From assembly GCA_937921775.1 (NCBI GenBank), contig CAKZUK010000010.1:12037-76036 (forward strand): a DNA stretch of 64,000 bases. The letters are read 5' to 3'. The notes under the pieces were generated by a model. That model was given only the letters and a program-made list of their open reading frames with translations, ran no database searches and was not told the DNA's origin. Origin of the DNA: an uncultured Saprospiraceae bacterium (GTDB taxonomy: Bacteria; Bacteroidota; Bacteroidia; Chitinophagales; Saprospiraceae). Positions 21,701-29,253 of this stretch are shown piece after piece. Both the position numbers and the translations under genes were made by a program. The first letter of the stretch is position 1, and every line of letters starts with the position of its first letter.

Positions 21701-24163
21701 GATGAATGTCAAGCTTGCTCTGACAATAAATTAATGGAACGTATTGAAACCGCCATCGAGAAAGCATATAAACACGGTAAGATGTACTCTGGAAATGCAG
21801 TCATTCATTTTTATGTAGATCGTAATGGTCAGTCTGGCGATGTCAACATTCATTTCGAAACTTCAGGCTACAACTACTATGTTCGAAATAGCATTACATC
21901 TGCTATAAACGACATTAAACCTAAAAAATGGCGACCAGCAAAGCTAAATGGACGCAGCGTCGCGAGTTGGTATTCCATCCCAATTGAATTTGGATATCCT
22001 GGTAAATATCAACAATCAAATTATACACCAACTAGAACTTTTTATGCACCAAAATATGAGACAAAGCAAGTCGTTGATCAAAGAAGTGATTTCAGGTCAA
22101 CGATCTACTGGAATCCAAATATTACTACAGATGAAGATGGAACTGCTAAACTAGAATTCTGGAATTCGGATGACCTCACTACTTTCACCACAACTATTGA
22201 AGGCTTTTCTAACAGTGGCCTAGTAGGAGCTACCGAGCACAAGTATTATACACAAATGCCATTTTCGCTTAGCGCAAAAGCGCCTACCTCTTTTCTGGTT
22301 GGTGATGAAGTTCGCCTACCAATTATCTTAACAAATAATACAGAGGAGACTATTGAAGGCCAACTTAACATTATTGTTCCAAGTTGCTTTAAACAATTAA
22401 AAGAAGTTGACTCCCAGTACATTTTACTTGCAGGTGAAAGTCGAAGCGTGTACCCAACTTATGAAGTTACACCCGACTGTACAAAAGACAAATTTGAGGA
22501 CAAAATTGAAGTCTCTTTTAAATCTTCCGGCTTCGGAGATGCATTTACTAAAAAGATCACCATACAATCCTCTGGTTATCCAATTTACGAAATGTTTACA
22601 GGCGGTGACACTTTAAATGTATTTGATCTAGACATCAAAGCACCTCGAAAAGGATCTATTAATATGAGATTGGATGCGCATCCTTCAGTACTCTCAGAAG
22701 TGATGTCAAGCTTGGAACGGATGCTCAGACAACCAGGTGGATGTTTTGAACAAACCAGTAGTTCCAACTACCCTAACATCATGGTGATGCAATACATGAA
22801 AAATCATCCAAATAATTTTAATACTAAAATTCAATCAAAAGCAAAATCCTACTTGGAGTCTGGCTACAAACGGCTCATCGGATACGAAGTAAAAGGAGGT
22901 GGTTTTGAATGGTTCGGCCATCCACCTGCTCATGAAGCGTTAACTGCTTACGGACTCTTGGAGTTCACAGATATGAAATCGGTTTATCCAGTTGATAAGA
23001 AAATGTTAGATAGAACTGCAAAATGGTTGTTAGGTCGTAAAGATGAAAATGGTAGTTGGAAAATATCAAACGCAGGACTGCACTCTTGGTTAGGTACTTC
23101 AGAAATTCGAGATGCTTATATTGTATGGGCATTATGCGAAGCAGGCTATGCTTCAAAAATAGGCTTGGAGATTGAAAAGTCTTATTCCGATGCATTAACA
23201 ACAGAAGACCCTTATATCATGGGACTTGTATGCAATGCATTATTTAAAGCAAAAGATAAGCGTGCTGAATCACTTTTAGAAATATTACTAAAAACGCAAG
23301 AGAAAGATGGTTCCTTTATAGGAAAAACGGCATCGGTTACAAGATCAAAGGGAAAAAATCTAATGCTTGAAACTACTGCTCTCGTTAGTCTAGCCATGAT
23401 GAAATCTAATCACGTTTCATTATTTGAATTGGAGCGAGCCATTACAACTATTGCCAAATCGAAAACACAATACGGTTTTGGTTCAACTCAAGCTACGGTG
23501 CTTTCACTAAAAGCATTGATTGAATATGAAGACTTTAAAAGCAAGGATGTATTGCAAGGAAAAATTGAACTATTAGTGGACGGGAAGGTGATTGATCAAT
23601 CCGTTCAATTTAATACGAAGCAATCGAATTCCATCGCTTTATCTGATCTTGGAAAATTCGTTTCAGAAGGTAAGCATACCGTAGAAGTGAGATTTGTGAA
23701 TAGTAAAAAAGCAATTCCTTTTGAGTTACAATTAAGCTACCACTCCAAACTTCCGCAGGTACAAGAAAGTGATTGTAAAGTTACTTTAAAAACAGATCTA
23801 AAGAGGGGAGAAGTACAACACGGAGAAACGCTTCGATTGACAACGGCTTTATCAAACAACACGGAAAAAGGACAAGCTTCACCAATTGCAATCATTGGGA
23901 TTCCATCCGGGCTTAGCCCTCAACCATGGCAACTCAAAGACATTCAGGAAAAGAAGTTAATCGACTATTATGAAATCATTGATGATAAAATTGTTTTCTA
24001 CTTCAATGGTTTAGAAGCCAATGAAACGCGAACAATTCACCTGGATTTGAAAGCAGATATCCCGGGTAATTTTGAGTCGCCAGCTTCTTGTGCTTATTTG
24101 TACTATGAGAATGATGTGGTGAATTGGGTCAATCCTAGTTCAGTTAGAGTCATGACAAATTAA
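18767..24163 (+). CDS. Alpha-2-macroglobulin/thioester-domain family protein with inserted CarboxypepD_reg, TonB-dependent-receptor Plug-like and TonB C-terminal-like modules
   Basis: 1798 aa with a signal peptide. MG-type repeats (DRNFYQPGEHIWFKAYI; KTDKEKYAPREKVVMDINISDQEGHPVAG) and an A2M block FRSTIYWNPNITTDEDGTAKLEFWNSDD. CxEQ thioester motif GGCFEQT (Cys codon 22742-22744). Plug-like segment nt ~21101-21410 and TonB_C-like segment nt ~21638-21997. Confidence 0.8.
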   Translation: MKNLITKRAAHLTIVALLFSSFAFTLVKTQHHPFVINLLTQLKLHSQQVQSEKVYVQLDRNFYQPGEHIWFKAYIRNANGLTQTDISDIVYVELINPKGSVIGRQKLMATNGLGSGVFPISEDVGGIYKIKAYTSWQKNSQTTFVRDVQVQKVVLPNLNMKLDFERKAYGAGDQAIANLSLESLDNLPLRYAKYEFIVQVEGKEVLRRKESADFDGKASIQFKLPKKLNSNDALLQVIIPHKGVAESISRSIPIVLNDIDLQFFPEGGDLIAGLKTKLAFKALNEFGKPADIEGAIYNASGEELYAFKSFHQGMGNLNFYPDRNVKYYAKITKPEGIAKKYYIPIVKPRGYNLHVLSQDDEQIKVSIQSTRYTELHLVAQNNDFIPFSKTFMIDKETTISIPIKDFPMGISKLTLFDSKGQAHCERLVFVNPNKHLNISVKTDKEKYAPREKVVMDINISDQEGHPVAGNFSLSVADSKLLTFADDKQGHIFAKIFLESELKGKIEEPDFYFKKDEAKAIVGLDLLMQTHGWRRFDWKEIQKEEPIAYTFKKEEAFIGGKIVNECGEPIVNARISAIGHDSHTTSNEFGDFKLKGFPFTHIGNRIKIESTGRASIIKSVSEYKQDFFIIQPEGYGTISGKILLPNRTKASAAYATLFDDEGQRWTGRVFQKQNEYAFNNIPAGEYTLRLNHPGYRSHQVERVRVWAGTNINISRKLKSSTDPTEIYVSQFNKEMEQSNNEWLSAKNDLKAVSKQNTPPVHELVFQKSRIAVRGGGVSLDEIIITEFKVPLIQQDNTTQGGIKTAEEIAKLPTKNIGALASSVAGMSQLDEGDAINVRGSRSNATDVYVDGIRVNANAIQSTDIEQIAVLTGGIPAMYGGGLSLDLRAKKRYNPQSKFDGKRNTNLMGYIDYDGDDQGYGLGLGDGGFQNTGEGANNFVGNNYRYSKHKKYKKTPKNIYRLVDQRPQLKSKECEKIMDPDECQACSDNKLMERIETAIEKAYKHGKMYSGNAVIHFYVDRNGQSGDVNIHFETSGYNYYVRNSITSAINDIKPKKWRPAKLNGRSVASWYSIPIEFGYPGKYQQSNYTPTRTFYAPKYETKQVVDQRSDFRSTIYWNPNITTDEDGTAKLEFWNSDDLTTFTTTIEGFSNSGLVGATEHKYYTQMPFSLSAKAPTSFLVGDEVRLPIILTNNTEETIEGQLNIIVPSCFKQLKEVDSQYILLAGESRSVYPTYEVTPDCTKDKFEDKIEVSFKSSGFGDAFTKKITIQSSGYPIYEMFTGGDTLNVFDLDIKAPRKGSINMRLDAHPSVLSEVMSSLERMLRQPGGCFEQTSSSNYPNIMVMQYMKNHPNNFNTKIQSKAKSYLESGYKRLIGYEVKGGGFEWFGHPPAHEALTAYGLLEFTDMKSVYPVDKKMLDRTAKWLLGRKDENGSWKISNAGLHSWLGTSEIRDAYIVWALCEAGYASKIGLEIEKSYSDALTTEDPYIMGLVCNALFKAKDKRAESLLEILLKTQEKDGSFIGKTASVTRSKGKNLMLETTALVSLAMMKSNHVSLFELERAITTIAKSKTQYGFGSTQATVLSLKALIEYEDFKSKDVLQGKIELLVDGKVIDQSVQFNTKQSNSIALSDLGKFVSEGKHTVEVRFVNSKKAIPFELQLSYHSKLPQVQESDCKVTLKTDLKRGEVQHGETLRLTTALSNNTEKGQASPIAIIGIPSGLSPQPWQLKDIQEKKLIDYYEIIDDKIVFYFNGLEANETRTIHLDLKADIPGNFESPASCAYLYYENDVVNWVNPSSVRVMTN

Positions 24164-24404
24164 TAAAGGAGTGTTGATAAGACGAGCGCATCGGGAGGGA
24201 AGCCAATAACTAAGAGTCTTAATTCGTCACATAGGCTAAATATATAACGTATTTTTTTTGAGCAAACTCTTTCTAAAAAACCAATGAATGGTACATGAGG
24301 AAAAACCTAAGTACTCGATTTGAACAAAAATTCTACGTTCAAAACATAAAGAAAATTAGGTTACAGTGTACTAATCGTAAGGACAAAGTTTATTAGTTGT
24401 TTTT

Positions 24405-24442
24405 GAGAAGCCTTGCAGGTGTTGCGGGGCTTCTTTTTTTTT
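24405..24442 (+). terminator. Rho-independent terminator (stem GAAGCCUUGC/GCGGGGCUUC, then 10 T)
   Basis: The hairpin has two G-U pairs that form only on the + strand. The T-run 24431-24442 follows. It lies 240 nt downstream of the A2M-like stop. Confidence 0.7.
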
Positions 24443-24493
24443 ATAAATTACTTTCTAGAATTAATAATTTACCTGTTTGGGTCAGCGAAGCAA

Positions 24494-24706
24494 ATGGCTA
24501 TCTCCAAAAATATTTTCCTTCTAAATTACAAATCAAAAATGGCACAAAATTTAATTGGAATTACATTAATAAGTTTTGGCTTTTTCATAGCTTGGTTTAC
24601 TATTAAAAACTATAAAAAATCAGATAAATACAGTACAGTTCGAACCTTTTGTGGTGCGCTTATAATAGCACTAATCGGCTTATTAGTATTATTTGATCTC
24701 TGGTAA
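24494..24706 (+). CDS. Small two-TM membrane protein (start uncertain; ATG at 24494 or 24539)
   Basis: The tracked ORF 24413..24706 begins with TTG inside the terminator hairpin, so I prefer an internal ATG. Two hydrophobic helices: LIGITLISFGFFIAWFTI and FCGALIIALIGLLVLF. Confidence 0.3.
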   Translation: MAISKNIFLLNYKSKMAQNLIGITLISFGFFIAWFTIKNYKKSDKYSTVRTFCGALIIALIGLLVLFDLW

Positions 24707-24721
24707 TTAACATTTTATTCA

Positions 24722-25072
24722 TCACTCCGCATCACCCTCTCGAAAAGTAGTTCGCTCAGGATTGTATCCCTCTGGAAATCGAGCCTTCAGTTTATCCACA
24801 TTTGTCTGCATGACCTCCTCCAGCGTAAATCCAAACTGCGTACACAAGGCAGATACATACCACAATACATCTCCAAGCTCTTTCTTCATTTTCAATTTAT
24901 CAATCCCTTGCTGATGATAGATTCCTTTTTTAATCAGATCTGCTACTTCTCCAGCCTCACCCGTCAGTCCAACAGCCCACCAAGAAGTCATAACCTGATC
25001 AGGAGTAATGTCAAAATCCGGTTTTTCAATAAGCGTTCGACCCGCCAATTTTTGATATTCATTTGCTTTCAT
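24722..25072 (-). CDS. MazG-like nucleotide pyrophosphohydrolase (small all-alpha NTP-PPase)
   Basis: 116 aa. Motifs LTGEAGEVADLIKK and ELGDVLWYV, the EExxE/D metal-binding helices of the MazG superfamily. Confidence 0.75.
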   Translation of the reverse strand: MKANEYQKLAGRTLIEKPDFDITPDQVMTSWWAVGLTGEAGEVADLIKKGIYHQQGIDKLKMKKELGDVLWYVSALCTQFGFTLEEVMQTNVDKLKARFPEGYNPERTTFREGDAE

Positions 25073-25350
25073 AGCCGCTAATATAAGGAATCAATGGCGT
25101 TTTCAGCATCAGTGACGAGGTCAGTGCGCTAATGCTTAGCTTTTCCTAATTGCACCGCTAACTATCTTTCCACTTATATTAGAAAGACTTAACACCTAAT
25201 ACTAACTCTTTGAAAAACCAGCTTAAGAAAATAAAGAAAGTTAAAAAAATTAAAATTATGTTATTATAAAAAAATGGAATACTACTTGCAGTAAACAACC
25301 GTTAAGGAGAAGTTATTCAAATTATCACATCTCCCAAAAAGAGCTACACA

Positions 25351-26343
25351 ATGAAAAACATTAAAATCACCCAACTTCTAGCCTTGCTAGTCATTCTTAT
25401 CTTATCCAGTTGTGGAAAAGACAATGACACCAAACCTAGAAAAGACACTGATTATAGTAACTTTTACCGCCTACAAGCTTTCGAAGTAGAGACTAGACCC
25501 GCTCATAGAGAAGTTCGAATCCTATTTCAGGTGAAAGACAACGAATACAATGGCATTGCTGGTCTTACTGTCGATGATATGAATGTATTCGAAAACAGTG
25601 GTTCCATCGATACAGAAGGAGAGTTAACATTAGCTCCAAACGAAATCCCTTCTAGCTTAAAAACAGTGCTGTTACTCGATTTAACGCGAAGTGTAGAAGG
25701 CTTAGTACCTCAAATAAAAGCTGCCTGTAATACGCTTATCGACAATAAATTACCAGAGCAAGCAATTGCCATTTATACCTTTAATTCCGATACTTATTTA
25801 CTACAAAACTTCACTACTGATGCTAATCTGTTAAAAGCAGCCATCAACAGCATGCCTGAAACTGACCTGGTGAATTCAACCAATCTCTATGGCGCAGTAA
25901 TGGACGTAGCGGATACTTGGACGGACGTATTTACCCTTCAAACTATTGAAGATGGTAGCCTTATCGTTTTTACGGATGGCCGACACAATGCCACACCGAA
26001 TATCACGCTTAGTGACGCAATCGGAGCTATTGGAATGAAAAAACGCTATGTAGCGGCTCTAAATAGTGCTGATCTAGACGAGTCATCCCTAAAAGAATTA
26101 GCTGGAGGTTCAGAGAGATATTTCAAAGCAGATGATGTTTCTAGCTTAGAAGCCAAGTTCATAGAAATTCAAAATGAAATTCAACGTTTATCTAAAAGTA
26201 TCTATTATCTATACTATCAAAGTCCCATAACTGATCCAACTCCTCACCTAAACGAGCTGCTCATAGAAATTAATGGAAACACCAATATGGGTGTTGACAA
26301 CCACATCCTTGAGTCATTTAATAGCGAGGGTTTTGGTAATTAA
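25351..26343 (+). CDS. Lipoprotein with von Willebrand factor A-like domain
   Basis: 330 aa. Lipobox ILSSCGKD. VWA-like strands VLLLDLTRSV (DxTxS MIDAS-like), IAIYTFNSD, LIVFTDGRHN. Confidence 0.6.
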   Translation: MKNIKITQLLALLVILILSSCGKDNDTKPRKDTDYSNFYRLQAFEVETRPAHREVRILFQVKDNEYNGIAGLTVDDMNVFENSGSIDTEGELTLAPNEIPSSLKTVLLLDLTRSVEGLVPQIKAACNTLIDNKLPEQAIAIYTFNSDTYLLQNFTTDANLLKAAINSMPETDLVNSTNLYGAVMDVADTWTDVFTLQTIEDGSLIVFTDGRHNATPNITLSDAIGAIGMKKRYVAALNSADLDESSLKELAGGSERYFKADDVSSLEAKFIEIQNEIQRLSKSIYYLYYQSPITDPTPHLNELLIEINGNTNMGVDNHILESFNSEGFGN

Positions 26344-26393
26344 TTAAGACATTTTCCTCAAAGAAAAAAGACCATCATCCTTTGGTATGATAT

Positions 26394-26455
26394 GAGGTCG
26401 CTTTATTCAGAGACTTTCCGTTAAGGTATTGGAAGTTTCTGAACAAAGCGGCCTC
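26394..26455 (+). terminator. Long imperfect hairpin (~25 bp) downstream of the VWA lipoprotein gene
   Basis: GAGGTCGCTTTATTCAGAGACTTTCC ... GGAAGTTTCTGAACAAAGCGGCCTC, with several G-U pairs on the + strand. It starts 50 nt after the stop. Confidence 0.5.
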
Positions 26456-26611
26456 TTATTAGTTGACACGAAGCCAAGAACGATCTCTCTTCAAAGCGAT
26501 CCCAAAACAAAGTCATAAAAATTGAGCAATAAATTTGGTCAGTACAATTTGGAATGATACCTTTGGCTTTCGCTTAAATAGAAAAGCTAATTCTATCCTG
26601 CTTTTCAAAAT

Positions 26612-26645
26612 TTTCATCCCATATCACTTAAGAATTTCATCCCAT
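26612..26645 (+). repeat. Direct repeat TTTCATCCCAT x2 in 23-bp register
   Basis: Copies at 26612-26622 and 26635-26645, immediately upstream of a TAnnTTTG box. Confidence 0.5.
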
Positions 26646-26651
26646 GCAACA

Positions 26652-26659
26652 TAATTTTG
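26652..26659 (+). promoter_or_regulatory. Candidate -7 promoter box TAATTTTG in a gene-free gap
   Basis: Exact TAnnTTTG match. A + strand hairpin with T-run lies ~40 nt downstream. Confidence 0.3.
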
Positions 26660-26696
26660 TAGCGTGTAATTTAATTATTGCTACAATTGAACCTCA

Positions 26697-26728
26697 GTCG
26701 CAGCTCCTTAGTTGGAGTTGCGATTTTC
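26697..26728 (+). terminator. Hairpin GTCGCAGCTCC/GGAGTTGCGAT followed by TTTT (candidate terminator of a short + strand transcript)
   Basis: 11-bp stem with two G-U pairs that form only on the + strand. Confidence 0.4.
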
Positions 26729-26941
26729 AGTTTAGCAAAGAAGTGGATCAACAAGCTCCCTGGGATAAAATACCTAGCTCAATTCTTATTTTTGTTTGCT
26801 TAACTATAGCCTCTCAAACCGGGATGACAAAGATGAGACACAGGTTAAAAGCCTCCCTGACCCTAGGCTAGTCTTAGCTACAGTTTTAATGAGCAACAAT
26901 TGCTAACATCCTATACGCTAGATTCCTCATCTTTCTACTAG

Positions 26942-28105
26942 CTAAAGAGCATCAAAGGCAGACTCTAAATCAGCAATCAACCAATCGGCATCCTCCCAGC
27001 CAATATAAAAGCGAACCAAGCGCCAATTCGTGGTAGACTCCGACTCTTTACCCTCCAGCCCATGAAAGGCACAAAAAGGCAACACCAATGATTCATGACC
27101 TCCCCAAGAAACAGCCAATAAAAATCGTTTTAAGCGACGAAAAAAGATCTCAACCTGCTCCACATTATCTGCTCTTAGTATAATGGAAAACAAACCACCT
27201 GCGCCACGCATCTGGCGCTTAGCCAATTCATATTGAGGAAAGCTAGGATGAAAAGGATGTATAATCTCAGCAACTTTAGGGTGTTGTTCTAAATAAGCAA
27301 TGATCTTCTGCGCGCTAGTATTACTCCGCTCCATTCGAAGCTCTAGTGTTCGTAAACCCCGAATGACCAACGAAGCACTCTGAGGCGAAATAATTCCACC
27401 CAAGGTCATAAATTCTCCTTCAAATACCTGTCGAACAATATGTTTACTGGACGCTAAAACACCAACCACAACATCACTATGACCATTCAGATATTTAGTA
27501 GCCGAATGAACCACTATATCAATTCCAAAATCAATCGGATTTTGATAAATAGGAGAGGAGTAGCTATTGTCAATAATAGAAATTAAGTCATGCTTTTTAG
27601 CAATAGCTGCACAAGCTTCCAAGTCTTGCAATTTAAAAGTAGCAGAAGTCGGACTTTCTAAATACAATACCTTAGTATTATCCTGTATAGCTCCTTCAAT
27701 TGCTTTCAAGTCCGTTCCATCTACAAAGCTATGACTTACACCAAAACGCTTTAGAAAAACAGTCAACAGCTTATGCGTCCACGAATATGGAGACTCTACA
27801 CAAATTATATGATCCCCCGTTTGAACCTGACTAATCACAGCCGCAGAGATGGCTGCAACTCCAGACCCAAAAATCAAAGCATCTTCTGCATGCTCCAATG
27901 CTGCTATCTTCTTCCGGAGGATTGACACGGTCGGATTATTCCCTCGTGTATAAATGGAACTATTCATCTCATCTTTAATCGCTCTCCGAAAATCATCAAG
28001 TGTATCAAAAACAAAATTACTAGTTTGAATAATAGGAGGGGAAACTGCGTTGAAATAATGTTGACGATCCTCGCCCAAATGCGTTAGAATTTCACTGAGA
28101 TTCAT
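26942..28105 (-). CDS. Cys/Met-metabolism PLP-dependent enzyme (cystathionine beta-lyase / gamma-synthase-like)
   Basis: 387 aa. Motifs PPIIQTSNFVF, YTRGNNPT, HSATKYLNGHSDVV (PLP lysine), SWGGHESL. Confidence 0.85.
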   Translation of the reverse strand: MNLSEILTHLGEDRQHYFNAVSPPIIQTSNFVFDTLDDFRRAIKDEMNSSIYTRGNNPTVSILRKKIAALEHAEDALIFGSGVAAISAAVISQVQTGDHIICVESPYSWTHKLLTVFLKRFGVSHSFVDGTDLKAIEGAIQDNTKVLYLESPTSATFKLQDLEACAAIAKKHDLISIIDNSYSSPIYQNPIDFGIDIVVHSATKYLNGHSDVVVGVLASSKHIVRQVFEGEFMTLGGIISPQSASLVIRGLRTLELRMERSNTSAQKIIAYLEQHPKVAEIIHPFHPSFPQYELAKRQMRGAGGLFSIILRADNVEQVEIFFRRLKRFLLAVSWGGHESLVLPFCAFHGLEGKESESTTNWRLVRFYIGWEDADWLIADLESAFDAL

Positions 28106-28390
28106 ATTTCTGATTTTTTATTGAAGTAAACTTACGGAATTAGATTGAAATGTAAATTTAAAAATTGATTCGGAGAGATGCGTAGTTGCGTCTCATCGCA
28201 GGATGATATCAAACTGGAATTGATTTTATCATGATATTGTGTTGGAGCTTAACATCACGAGCTTAGCATTCCACACAGAGAGGAATTAAGCTTATTTTGC
28301 TTGCGCAAAAAAGAGGAAATAAGTTAGAAATTTATTCTTGTAAAGCCATCAAACCTTAGTTCTATTCAAATTCCAAGCTTTAATTAGTTG

Positions 28391-29020
28391 CTAATAAATA
28401 CCACGAATCAAGCGATAAGAATCACGACAATATTCCAAATACTCCTCGCCCAAAGCATCAATCAATACCGCCTCCTCAATTCGAATACGATGAATAATAG
28501 CAATAAAAATCGGTAAGAAAATAAACAACAAGGAGATCCAATTAGAAAGTATAATCCCCAAACCAAGATAAGCCAACAGCAATCCTAGATAACTGGGATG
28601 TCGGATATTTTTATAAATGCCTTCTTTAACCAACTTCCCGTTTTCAGGAACAGTCACGTAAATATTGAAGGCATCTTGAAGAGTATGAATAGAAATCCAG
28701 CGTATTGCAATTCCAACACAAGTAATTAGAAAACCAAGACTTGGAATTAGCGGATTAAAATCATTCATGTCTGTCAATAACAACATAGCGGCTATTATAG
28801 CTGAAATAACAGCCATGGTACCAGCAATCCATATCATAACCAATGAGCCTTTATCCAATTTAGTTTGGACGACTTTATCCGGTCGACTTCCTTTTGTAAG
28901 AAGAAGAGCAATCTCAAAGAGTAAGAAAAAAATGCCTACTACCAGAAAGGCTGATATGATACTTGAACAAGAGTTAAACATAATCCCACAAAGAAAAGAC
29001 TTTCTTTCCAAGCATCCCAC
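28391..29020 (-). CDS. Isoprenylcysteine carboxyl methyltransferase (ICMT)/phospholipid methyltransferase family membrane protein (start uncertain)
   Basis: 209 aa, polytopic. The C-terminal block LVKEGIYKNIRHPSYLGLLLAYLGLGI...RIEEAVL is typical of the ICMT/PEMT family. Confidence 0.7.
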   Translation of the reverse strand: MGCLERKSFLCGIMFNSCSSIISAFLVVGIFFLLFEIALLLTKGSRPDKVVQTKLDKGSLVMIWIAGTMAVISAIIAAMLLLTDMNDFNPLIPSLGFLITCVGIAIRWISIHTLQDAFNIYVTVPENGKLVKEGIYKNIRHPSYLGLLLAYLGLGIILSNWISLLFIFLPIFIAIIHRIRIEEAVLIDALGEEYLEYCRDSYRLIRGIY

Positions 29021-29253
29021 TTTATCATTGAATCATTTACAGTCCCTGTTAGCTTGCGGACAAAGCTATAGAGTTAATACACAATTGCCAATGGCGGATC
29101 CGTCTTTACTTTCCCTTATCCCCATTTAACTAACCTTAACGCACTTTACGATTTTCTTGACGTTTTACAAATAATCCTTTGTGCCTTACATAAGTCAAAG
29201 ATTCAAGGAACTCATAAGAAGGTACATTTTTTCACCTTTTAAATTGAACAACC

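Noticed and set aside
24413-24493. TTG start at 24413 for the 97-aa tracked ORF.
   Set aside because: The first 27 codons overlap the terminator hairpin and T-run (translated FFFF...). An internal ATG (24494 or 24539) gives a cleaner two-TM micro-protein, and even that is low confidence.
26644-26871. 75-aa ORF in the long convergent gap.
   Set aside because: It has no motif and a Cys/Ser/Gln-rich unordered composition. It also reads straight through a terminator-like hairpin. A non-coding role for the region seems more likely.
28106-28390. Possible SAM riboswitch in the leader of the PLP lyase gene (and likewise 12444..12809 upstream of the other Cys/Met PLP enzyme).
   Set aside because: Reading the minus strand, I found only loose resemblance (AATTCCAG...GATGAGA) to the 3' part of SAM-I. 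None of the GAGGGA/GGCCC core is present. I found no convincing SAM-II/V AAAGCU pseudoknot context, and the two leaders share no motif. An Rfam cmscan would be needed to revive this.
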